Positions 24,086 to 35,300 of a DNA stretch of 64,000 bases are shown here, one piece after another. Position numbers and translations under genes: made by a program. The notes under the pieces were generated by a model that was not told the DNA's origin, made no database searches, and saw nothing but the letters and a program-made list of their open reading frames with translations. The first letter of the stretch is position 1, and every line of letters begins with the position of its first letter. The stretch is from Asterias rubens (lineage: Eukaryota): assembly GCF_902459465.1 (NCBI RefSeq), contig NC_047081.1, forward strand, positions 5,456,001-5,520,000, in the 5' to 3' direction.

Positions 24086-24343
24086 ACAAACCTGTGAAAA
24101 CTTAAGCTCCATCGCTCATCGGAGTCTCGCCGTGTCATGACATGTGTATACTATACATGCTATAATCCGTAATTCTCGTTGTCGAGAATTGATAATTGTT
24201 TTAATGTTTTCTCAAAAAGTAAAGCATTTCATGGAATAATATTTCAAGAGAAGTCTTTTACCATAACCTTCTGTAAACCCTGTAAGTTATTTGTAAATCT
24301 GTGAACTTTTATTTTTTTTCTGTTCCAAAAGTGTATAATGGTT
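24086..24343 (-). mobile_element. Truncated Kolobok-type MITE (AGCCATT family)
   Basis: Reverse complement of the 51777 element's left part, ending gtgtataatggtt|TTAA. Confidence 0.7.
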
Positions 24344-24399
24344 TTAAGTTTCACTTTTTTACAAATAGTTCAGGGATTGAAGGGCACTTTAGTAATGTA

Positions 24400-24558
24400 C
24401 ACTGCTAAAAATGGTATTCTTGAAACAAGAAAGACAGCTTATTTTGAGAAAATATTTCTTGTGTCACTCCCCACAAACTTTTTCTAGGGAGTGACACAAG
24501 AAATATTTTCTCAAAATAAGATGTTTTTCTTGTTTCAAGAATACCATTTTTAGCAGTG
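24400..24558. mobile_element. 159-bp near-perfect hairpin MITE with CACTG termini (CMC/EnSpm-like)
   Basis: TA|CACTGCTAAAAATGG...CCATTTTTAGCAGTG|TA; arms of about 72 bp around a 15-nt loop; 2-bp TA flanks. Confidence 0.8.
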
Positions 24559-25764
24559 TAGTCTAATATTGTTGATTTGGTATTCATATTTCATTAAGAG
24601 TTGGCCATTGATATTGAAACAGCCACTCTTGTCTTTTATGCATTGGTATCACAACAGCTTAGTGCAAGGAGGCATCTACTTATCAGTGTATGTCATCCTT
24701 TGCAGCATCCACATTGAATGGGAAGTCAATTAATTTTGTTGACAACTGAAATCAAGTTGGGTACGTCTCGTGTCAAAGGTCAGCTTACAGGCCGATCGGA
24801 AAATTCATGAACGTCGCGCAGAAGTAAGTGACAGACAAGGAAAAATTACATCGCTGGAGATTTGAAACACCGATTGCTCTGATAGTTGACCAGGTATCGC
24901 AGCAATCATTGTTACAAAATAATTATTATTTACACGTATTTTCATTGTATTTTTTTCGAACTCATTGACTGTCTTAAATATTAGTATATATCACATGTCT
25001 CTTATTGTTGATATTTTTGACGGAAAAAAAGAGACGAATGGACATTTACAGATTTATTTTATATTATTTTTTTTAACTGTCGGATTTGATTGTCTTTTGC
25101 TGTTAAAATTATTTGTCAACATCCCCCACCACCTGCGCATTCAAAAGGTAAATAAATGCCCCTGCAAATATGAACTTTTGATCATTTAAATACCTCAATT
25201 ATCTAAGAGGTTGTTGAGGTCTGTCAAAAATGCTTACTTCAGGGACTCAAAATCTTCTACCTTAATTTATTTGAAAGGCATGGGCCGTCAAATTTGTGTA
25301 TGATATCTTGCTAGGTACATGTACCTCTTAGTTTATTACAATGTATAAATAAACAAAACAGCTTTCACTTATGAAAATATCAGGGTCCGAATTTCAGACT
25401 TACAAATGGTCCATATAATAAAGAAGATGCCATACATGTACATGTATGTTGTTGCTAAGGTTCTTGATGTTAGGGCGAGGTGTTGGTAACCTCTCAGCCC
25501 TAGTATTTTTTAATCATGGTTCACTCTGGGTGGTTTTGTTTAGTTTAAATTTTATACCGTTTTTGAGGTTTTTAGACTGCTTTTTCTATACTATTTAGTG
25601 TTGTTTTTAAAATAATATTGTATTATTTGTATATATTGTAAATTTTGTTGACTGTTAACTGTATAAATTTATTTTTAGGGGGAATGGAATAGTTACTGTG
25701 ATATCTGATGGCTTATTACATGTATATTCACGATATCCTTTTCCTTCCTATCTTGTTTTTGCAG

Positions 25765-25854
25765 GTATTTGCTCAATATCTGCAGTTCTGTGGAATCGGT
25801 ATCAACAATGCAAGAATTTATGAAAGGGCAACAATGGAAATAAGGCGAAATCAG
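25765..25854 (+). CDS. Next PDE exon (end of GAF-A and linker helix)
   Basis: Polypyrimidine tract, ttgcag|GTA acceptor, CAG|gtaggt donor; 90 nt, phase 0-0. Translates VFAQYLQFCGIGINNARIYERATMEIRRNQ, in frame with the 6866-7033 exon. Confidence 0.93.
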
Positions 25855-28800
25855 GTAGGTGTGTCATGTGTTACTTTTGTCTACACTTGCACCAAATACA
25901 TTTGCTTTTGAAATGCCACTATTTGTACTAGTGTTTCACTAAATAACAGATTGGCCTGTTGTGTAATGGAGCAAAGCCTCTGCAATACACGTTTCATTGT
26001 TGAAGGTGTATACATGTACAGAAGCTTTTTGATTACACAATGATTTCCTCATTTTTGTTGTATTCATAGCTTTATTGCCTAAAAGCAAGTGCAAATATAG
26101 ATCTTAAAAATTTATTTTTTCCCCCCCCACATTTAACTGTCCATTACTTAACAATGCATTGGGCGATTTGACTCATTTTCACGTAGCGGGTCACATATAG
26201 TTTTGGTTGAACAGAATAATGTGGTGAAAAATATACTTCCAATATTTTTACATAAAAATGTGCGTTAAGACATGTTGATCATGAATCAAGATGGTGTATA
26301 AATATTTGACCCGGCGAAAGTGCATTTTTTGGGTCAAAAAACAAAATGGTCGCCGTTTCCCCTCCAAAACCATTACAAAAGTCTTTATCCAAAACACATT
26401 GTACTATCGCATTTGTCATGGTAGCAAGCCTTATTTGGGCGAGTTCGCATCACATTTTGGGGGGAATTTACTTTTATTTTCCCATTCCATGTTTTTCTTG
26501 CAGGCTCCGCTTTTTTTCCCGTTCGGTTTTTATCTAATGTTGTTTTAACATCCGAAATAGATTATCAAGCAGTACGTACCTGGAATCAGGAAGCACTTTA
26601 ATTTAGATTGATTTTGACGTGTGAGTCGGGGGCTAGACCCAGTTCTGTCATTGGAGCCGTTGTTGTTAATTTTTCGAGTTGCGCGATGTCCATTGGATGT
26701 CCATTATATGTGTATTTAAATGTCATTGTTCCATTGCACCAATAGAGGGCGCTTCACTAAAAGCTGAATTAAAAATCCAACACCTTGAGACAAGATTAGG
26801 CACAAATGTTTTTTTCCACAAGACGTACGTTGTGTGTGTGTGTATGTATTTTTGCCACATCGCACTTGTGGAATTACTCTAAGGAATGCTACACAAATAT
26901 CTTGAAAATGAGGATGCACAACACATTGTTACATATAAGAATTGTGGCCTATGTTTCTGTGAATGTTCTGTCTACGCTGCAGTTTAAAGCTTTTTACGTT
27001 CGTAGTGTTGGCCCACAATCCAGACAAGTTTCCCAATGGGCCAAAATCGGGACACAGTTTTCTGCTTTTTTTAAATGACCACTCACAGTCCTGGAAAGGA
27101 TTTGAACACAAGAAGCTAAGGAAACACCAAGGACATAATCTAGAGCAGGAAGAGGGAGAAAGGGTAATTAATAAGGCCCCGTTCCTACTGGACCCCGCAT
27201 TGATCTCGCAATTCGAGAAAAGGGCGGTCAAGACCTCGAAAGGGAGATCAAAGGTTGATCAAAGAGATGTATGCGTAAGTGAAACGCAAGGGAGATGAGG
27301 ATCTGACCGTGCAATTTTGATCCTCCTCGGGATTAGGATTAAAACGGGATCCGATCGCCCTAGTGGATTAATGGGCGATCAAAAGGCTAGTTGGAATGGA
27401 AAAGTCGATCAGGACCACGCAATTTGAGGGCAAACATCCGATAGGCTCGACTGGCACAAAAACAGTGGTTTTTTTCCCTCTTCTATTCCCAGCACACACC
27501 ACCCAAATACAAGTAGCCACAGCTTGTATTTGGACAAATAAGAATTGTAAGTAAAGCATACAGCAGTATTGACGTCACGTGACGATACCAACTACACGTT
27601 CTGTATTACGTGTCTACATTAAACGCATATCAATCGATTTTGTTATGCATTTTTTAAAGAATGAATATGTACATACGTACTTTCTTTAAAGATGGCAGCT
27701 CTCAGCAACACATGTCCTTTAACCCTTTTAATACCACATTGTTTATTGCAAGCGCCCAACCGGATACCGCATTGTAAACGGGGGTCTCACTGCAGCTGCT
27801 GTGTACCGCATTTTTTTTCTCCTTATAGCATTTTGCTTATAACATGTAGCAGATCAACTATTCGGCAAGTCTTAGTTCATTCATCTAGATTGGTTCATTT
27901 CATTCAAATAGAAACCTTTGCAAAAGAAATGGCATAATAAAATCAATAAATGTACATGTATTGCATAAGTTTGATAAACAACTTTTACATAACATACAGG
28001 TAGGCTACACATAAAATGTCTAAGTGAACTAAAACATTCAACTAATGTAACATTGAACTTTTTTAACTCAAAAAAGACATGTAACTTTACTATTATCGGA
28101 GATGCAAGTATCCAACAAGTAAATAAGTTGTTTGGGAATTTTATATTAATATCATTGTTTTAGCACATTGTTTTTTGTCAGTCCAAGCATGTCCCAACAT
28201 AAAATCAAATTAAGAATAATAACATGAAAGCAGTAGTCCTGTTTTATTCTAAAATCACAAACGTTTACAAACGTGATGTACATGAGATTGCATTTAGCTT
28301 GGTCAGTAAAATCTGTAAAAGTGTTAGACGATTATACATGTATTTAACATGCAATGTGCAATGTCTATAGTCTGGTCCCCTGACCAAAGATTCCTTGACG
28401 TCTCTTGTTAAAAATCTTAGGTCAGGTATCACCAACGGTTAAAAATAGAGCATGACGCAACTTGTCAGGGTCGGGGTCATCTCCAGGGAAACCATGTCTG
28501 CACTATGCGATAATGTAACCCTCCTCCCGACGGCTGCCAGGCCGGAGGGTTACGAGATTATTTTGATCGGCAATTAATGACAATCTGGTTCAACACGTAT
28601 AATTTCGACAGCTAGTCACCAGATTTGCCCCATTTTTACCACTTTCAAAAATCATGAAACTTAATCCTCAATCATTCAAAGTCTAATGAACACTCAAGTC
28701 AAAACACCTATGAAAAAATATTTTTGAAGAAAAAGGACAAAAACTTACCAGATCGTGGAGCGATTTCCCAGGTTTATATATTGTGAACTTGTCGCATCAC

Positions 28801-29494
28801 TTTGCAAACGCTTTATTTAGGCACAATGCCTGCATTGGCAATAACTGCCATAAAAACTCCTGGATCACGGCCGACAGGACTGACATTACGAGTCCATAAC
28901 GAACATCAACGATACTGTCCGAATGTTGACGACAACACGTTCGGAACATTTCGGATAACTTCGAAAAAGGAGGAATTCCTCCTTTTTGGTCACGTGATTT
29001 TGGGTGATACCGGACCCTAAATTCGACAGAGCCTAGTCGGAGATTTTTGGGTCTGGGAACCAGACTACAATGTCTAAATAAACTAAAACATCCAACCAAT
29101 AATGCATTTTTTACTCAATAAAGACATATAACTATTACATCAACAATTTCGGAAAAATAAAACAAGTTGTTTGGCTATACATTTTGTTATAGCACATTGT
29201 TTTTATAAGTCCAAGCACCAAAAAACATAATATAATTCAACTTCAAGATTGATAAATAACATGAAGTCATTGAACAAAAGCATAATGTAAACAATGATGA
29301 AACTTGTTTACTAAATGGTTTCAAAAGAAAGGTACCCTTCAGAATGCTTACTGAAGGCACGATATTCAACTATAGATCTTCATGTGAGAAATATGTTATT
29401 CATGTATGTACATGTAATACTTCATTGACAAAGAGTAGTGGATGCACAAACAGACAAATGGCTATTTTGTGACATGACTTATTGCTTGTGAACT

Positions 29495-30345
29495 TTATTT
29501 ATATTTTGGCAAGGTACGTTTTTTTGTTTTTTTTTGGCCTGATCCAGAATGAAATACTATATTACATGTACGTGTAACCGTGGTTAGATTTGCACATAAC
29601 AGACAATGAAACTCGGGCAAGTCATTCTTCTGCAAAATAAATGTCCAATGCAAGTTAGTGTGGTAGCGTGCAAAGCATGATACTGCACACATTGGACGAT
29701 CGCATTTAGTGCAGCATATTTTTGTTTGTTTTCGCCCGCCCTTCTTTAAGTGGTCGCTACACACGATACAGTCTGGGTAGTCAGCAGCACGGCCAGGGAA
29801 ATGACCACGCTGTGTGAGCTGTGCGGGCAAGTTTTCTCTTGACGATCGTCTTCCTCGACGCGCTTGGTCACAATCCCAGCCTTCAAGAAGTCCTCTGATG
29901 ACTGCCTGTCGGAACTTCAGTGGCGTAAGTTTGACGTTGTCGGGAATACTTGCGTAGACGATGTGTGCGTTCACTATGCATACTTTAAGAAGATGGAAAA
30001 AAACTTGTTTCCACCACTTGACGCTTCTGTGACCGTGATTGTAATATTGGAAGAACTGGTCGGCTAGGTCGGTTCCTCCCATGATTTTATTGTAGTCATC
30101 AATTGAGTTCGGCTTGATAACTTCGCGGTGTCCATTTACACCATGGCGACACCGTACACGCTTGTTCATGGTGGTACAATCACCAACAGTGGTGAGGACA
30201 TTGACACATTTCTTGTCAAACCAAGAAATACAAAGTTGTCCTTGCTAGTTCTTTTGCAGCCATCTCCGTGGGAAGGTTGGAGATCTGTTTTCTGTGCATG
30301 AGATGATTTGTGATCTTGAACAATTCTTTTTGGTTTCCCCCACAG
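29495..30345 (-). pseudogene. piggyBac (PGBD-type) transposase C-terminal fragment
   Basis: WFDKKCVNVLTT, KPNSIDDYNKIMGGTDLADQ, KWWKQVFFHLL and a C-terminal cysteine-rich domain CIVC...CCTKC..PMC..SCF..YH. Possible element end TTAA|CCCTTTT at 27719-27729. Confidence 0.85.
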
Positions 30346-30349
30346 CCCT

Positions 30350-31900
30350 TTATTTTCTCATTTACAAAGTCTTTGCTTCGGTGAGGATGCGCTTACATAT
30401 TGTCTCGCTGAGTTTTGAAAGTGTCATGGTCGACAGTAAGCCTCGATTTGAGCCATTTCCGTTATAGTTGGCGACGTCTGCGCTTTTATGTATGAAACGC
30501 TGATTGCACCATGGAAGGGCGGGCGGGTCAATGATGTGACGTGATTGCATGGGTGCATGGTCATTCACCAGTTTACTGAGCACAGCATTGTATTGATGAG
30601 TCAAATCGTTTATCGTAGTACATGTAGCAAGGTTTGAGATGACGTCATCCGCGAATTTGTCTAAGTCAATGGATTTCAATTTGCGGTAGTTGAGTAGGCG
30701 CTTTGTGTACTCTGGCTTTTGGAGATTTAGTAGACAATTGATTCCACGGTGATCAGAGACGTACTCTGATACAGATACAGATTGAACAAGAGTATCTGAT
30801 TGGCGAGTAATGACAAGATCGATGGTGTGGCCAGACTTGTGAGTTTGAAAGTCAACAAGTTGTTGCAAGTCATATTTCAGTAGCAGATCCTTAAGAAGGT
30901 TTGTCTCATTTGTGTTGACATTCCAATGGATGTTAAAATCCCCTAGAATAATGGGTATTCCAGGGAACAATACCTGTCGGTCGAGAACTTATTCCAATGG
31001 ATGTTAAAATCCCCTAGAATAATGGGTATTCCAGGGAACAATACCTGTCTGTCAAGACTTATTCCAATGGATGTTAAAATCCCCTAGAATAATGGGTATT
31101 CCAGGGAACAATACCTGTCTGTCAAGAACTTCTGTAAATTCCCTGATGAATGTGCTGAATGGGACTCTATTCTTCTGTGAAGAAGGTGGTCTGTACAGAA
31201 CAATGATCCGCACGTGTTTATTGTTGTAGATAATGTTCAACTCAGTAAGTTCAAAAGAAGTGACCGCAAGCGCCTGGTTGTCAAGTGGTGTAGCAACGGA
31301 CGCGATCAGCCCCGATTTGTACAATACGCCAACGCCACCCCCTCTTCTCCCTTTCCTGGGGGCGTGGACAAGTTTGAACCCTCTGGGCGTACCTTCAGCA
31401 GGGGCGTAGTTGTCTTTTGGTTTGAACCAAGTTTCAGTTAGAGCTAAAACATCTACATGTATGTTATTGTCTTTGATGTGGTCCTGGAGTATATTAGCTT
31501 TGTTACAAGCAGATTGACAATTTTAAAGACCAAGAGTTAATATGGATGTGCTAGTAGGTTTTGCAAATAAGTTATTGGCAGATTTAGCCAGATTTCGACT
31601 TTTTTGCTTTACCACCTCTGCTGCCTCTGTGAACATGATGTCGTTTGCCGATTCCAAGGTCAAGAGTAAGTTGATACACATCTTTAGGCAACCTCATATC
31701 AAGGGGAGACATGCTTAACCCTATGGCTCTCAAACTGCTGCTGCTGTACTGCAGCATGTCATGTTGTGGTGTGTCACACATAGGTGGGCAGGTTGAAAGG
31801 CACGGCACTGCAACACCTTTGCCAGTACTCAGTGTTTTTTCTGCTGATGTTACCGCCGGGTTCCACATCTTGATACCGACACATGGAACATACTCTCCTA
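30350..31900 (-). pseudogene. CR1/L2-group LINE fragment (AP endonuclease; RT missing)
   Basis: HRGSRGGK leader, NCQSACNK, LALTETWFK, RGGGVGVLYK, LYRPP, GDFNIHW, THKSGHTIDLVIT and SDH motifs; stops, frameshifts and a triplication. Confidence 0.88.
30920..31131. repeat. Tandem triplication of a 70-71 bp unit within the LINE endonuclease
   Basis: attccaatggatgttaaaatcccctagaataatgggtattccagggaacaatacctgtc starts at 30920, 30991 and 31061. Confidence 0.95.
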
Positions 31901-31924
31901 TTCAACAGCAAAACAACTGAAGTT

Positions 31925-32308
31925 AATCTCCTTCAACACCAACCATGTTACGTGTAACATACAGTCAGTTCCTAAAGCAATGAGTATGACCCTTGATGAA
32001 GTTCGCCAAGAAACCACAGCTGATGAAGTCATGCAAAGGCTGATGAAGACTATTCAATCTGGAAAGTCAAATGACTTGGATGACATCAACATGCCATGAT
32101 TCAAACCAATTGGATCCGAGCTAACAATCTGCAATGGACTGATTCTGAGAGCCAATCGCTTAGTCATGCCCACATCCCTGAGATCCAAAGCTGTAAATCT
32201 TGCTCATGCCAGTCACCAAGGGATCGTGAAGACAAAAACATTCCTGAGAGAGAATGTTTGGTTTCAGGGAAAAGATGATATGGTGGAAGACGAAGTAAAA
32301 AAATGTGT
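31925..32308 (+). pseudogene. Gypsy/Ty3 pol fragment, integrase zinc-binding region (left half of split element)
   Basis: LILRANRLVMPTSLRSKAVNLAHASHQGIVKTKTFLRENVWF...VEDEVKKC (HHCC-type region); continues at 38041. Confidence 0.85.
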
Positions 32309-35300
32309 CTACTTCACTCTACTTACCGGTAGAGTCGAATTACTAATTTGCATATTCCCTATGCCGCCAGGCAATATTGCTAAGACTTTACACACAATAG
32401 CGCCCTCCACCGTCCTACCCACAAAGCCCCATGACATGCTTGCCACGAAGTCGTCCTCTTTTCTCTTAGCCACAGTTGGGTGAGGACGTAAATAATTCTG
32501 TGTCCAACAGTTTACTGTTTTTAAATGAAATAAAAACACCTTACCTTTATTGCTGAGATTTGAAATAAAGACTGAGATTGAAGATAGTAGAGTTGTTATT
32601 TAGTTGAAGTGTTTTAGATAAAGATCGTTATAAATGAGTAGTTCAATGGAAATTGGGGAGGGCTCCGACTGTTGGAACTGGGGTTACGTCCATTCCCCCG
32701 GGACAGTCGGAGCCCTCGGAGGGCTGCGCGGAGTGACACTCCGTCGCTGGGCTCGCCCTTCAACCGGCCCCGCAGCCTCAGTCGGCTGCGTCGGCTGGGG
32801 GACCCACTGACCAAGGAGGGAGCCTTCCCGCTCCCCCTCTTCGATCAGCGTACGTGGGTCCACCCAATCTAAGATCAAGCGCCCCGGCAAGTCCAAGAAA
32901 ACTAGTGCCGAGGCGGCGACCAAGAGAGGTAGGGCTAAAGGTAACTCCGTTCCGGAGCGCACCGCGCCCTCTCTCGAGCCTCGGGGTCACTGCAGCCGGA
33001 GGGATCCCCCCCCCCTCCACACGGCTCAGTGAACCCGGCCCTCGCCAACCACGTGGGTTCCCCCACGACGTACGACGGTCGTTGATGGGCCTTTGCGAGG
33101 CCACCCTACCCGATCGCCACCCGCCCACGCCATAGGCGGTGGTGCGCTTGCGATGGGTAGAAGGATTGGTGACGTGGAGTCGGGTAGCTGGGAGTCCCCT
33201 GGCACACCCCGCTCACAGGGCCCGTCCTCCTCTTCGGGTTTTACCCGTTACTCGGGCGTCCCGGTCACCCAGATTTCCTCCGAGAGGGCCTCAGATTCGA
33301 CCCGGGACCGATATTTGCACAAGAGACAGAATACCAAGAAAGACCGTCTTGCCCGACATTCACCGTCAAGCGATCTGACGCGTCTATGTCTGGCTCCCAG
33401 AAATGCAATTCACTCAACCGGCCCCCGTAGCCTCAGTCGGCTGCGCCGGCTGGCGGACCTCTCAAGGAGGGGAGACTTCCGTTCCACTTCTCTGGTCAGC
33501 AGTGTGCGTGGGTCTACCCATGGAGAAAGATTAATTCCTAATTATTCCTCCATGGTCTAACCCAATCGAAGGTTAAACGCCCAAGCAAGACAAAGAAAGC
33601 TGGTGCTGGGGCGGTAACTAGAAGAAGTAGGGCTAGGGGTGGCTCCAATCCGGAGCGCACCGTGCCCTGCTCGACCCGGCCTCGGGGTTGCTGCAGCCGG
33701 AGGGCATCCCCCTCTCCACACGGCTCGGCTTACCCGGCCCTCGCTGACCACATGGGTTCCCCCACGACGGTCGTTGACGGGCTTTTGCAGGGCCGCCTTA
33801 CCCGATTAACACCCGCCCACGCCATGGGCTGTGGGGCGCTTGCAATGCATTTCCGGCCGACATGAGGTTAAGAATTTTGCCCCACCAGGCCTGTACATCC
33901 AGCCCGACCTTTCCGGTCACGACTGGGTGCACTCAGGTCAGGGAGGCCCCAAGGGCTTGGTTAGCTGTGCACCGGCCTCCCCTCACAGCCACTGCTCCGC
34001 ACCTACCACACACTTCTTACGTGGGGTGGCGCGGGGCAGGATGGACCGTCACGCACTTGGGTACAAGGGCACCATCCCCGCCGGGGATCAGCCTGCACCC
34101 TTCGGGGTCCTTCGTGTCCGATAGGGGTCGGACCATCATGGTTTGGGCACAGCCATTTGGTGGCACGCCTTTGCTGGGTGCCTCCGACCCTTTTTTGAGT
34201 CCGGCTGGCTACTCGTCCCTGGAAAAGGACGAGTTGGCCACTAGCATTCAGCGGTCGTCAATTACCAATACTAAATTGCGCCTTGTCAAGCGGGACAGGA
34301 CTCGGATGCCGGGCCTTCCCGTCGTGAAATCTGAGGATCCTCCTGCTGAACGACAATCATTCAAGTGGAGGACAGGCCTGACTCTGCGGAGCGGAAATAA
34401 TTTTCCAGCTATGCCACTCGATCGTGTCTGCAGTGACCGTATCAAGGGCATTATGTTGGCAACCATTTGGGAATACTTACTCCCAAGTGGGCGGAGACTT
34501 ATTATCGATTCCCCACGGTGGACTTCAATATATATTTTCTGAACCCAGTTCTACCAGACTCGGCGTCAGATAGACTTGCCGCCGATAGGGGGACAGCTCC
34601 TTCAAAATTTCCTATTGCAGACAAAGCCCAAGGGAAGTGGAAGAGGTAGTCGGAAAGAGGGACTCAACGTCACGCTTTGGCATGCGCACATCGTCCTTCC
34701 GACTCCTTCTATCCGAGTACCTCACACTAGCTGGTGTTGAGGACTCAGCGGTTCCGGCAGACATGTTGGTAGCTTCCATCCATTGTCTGACAGCAGGCTG
34801 CATACCGATCTGGACCAGTTTGCAAAGGTTTTGACCCTAGCAACATTGGCCTAAGGGCTGCACGTCTAAGATGCGTTTTTTGTTCACCGGTCGCGGGGCA
34901 CGACAAGCGTATCGGCGCGCTCCCTCTGATGGGGAAAGTCCTGTTTGCGGGTAATTTTCAGGAGTCCATGGAGTCCGAGGCTAAACGCCTTAAGGCCACG
35001 GGATGGACCTGAGGAAACCACAGGCCTCCACGCCACAGGCGAAGTAGCTGGGGCTGATTGGGCAGCACTTTGGAGACGAGGGGTGATGATTTTCCAACGC
35101 CTCGACGATTGGTTAATCGTGGGTCGGTCCAGGGAGGCGACGGCAGCGGTGCTCAAGATAACTTGACACCTCACGCCCAACCTGGGGTTCTTGGTGACAG
35201 ACGAGAAGTCGCACCCAATCCCCTCTCAGGTGCCCATCTTCATCGGTGCGGCCCTCGACTTTCAGAAGGAGCTGGCCCGCCCATCAGTGGACCAGGTGTT

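Noticed and set aside
32614-33865. Cluster of GC-rich Pro/Arg-rich ORFs as host genes
   Set aside because: They lie inside the DIRS ITRs in duplicated low-complexity sequence, and overlap on both strands as expected for high GC.
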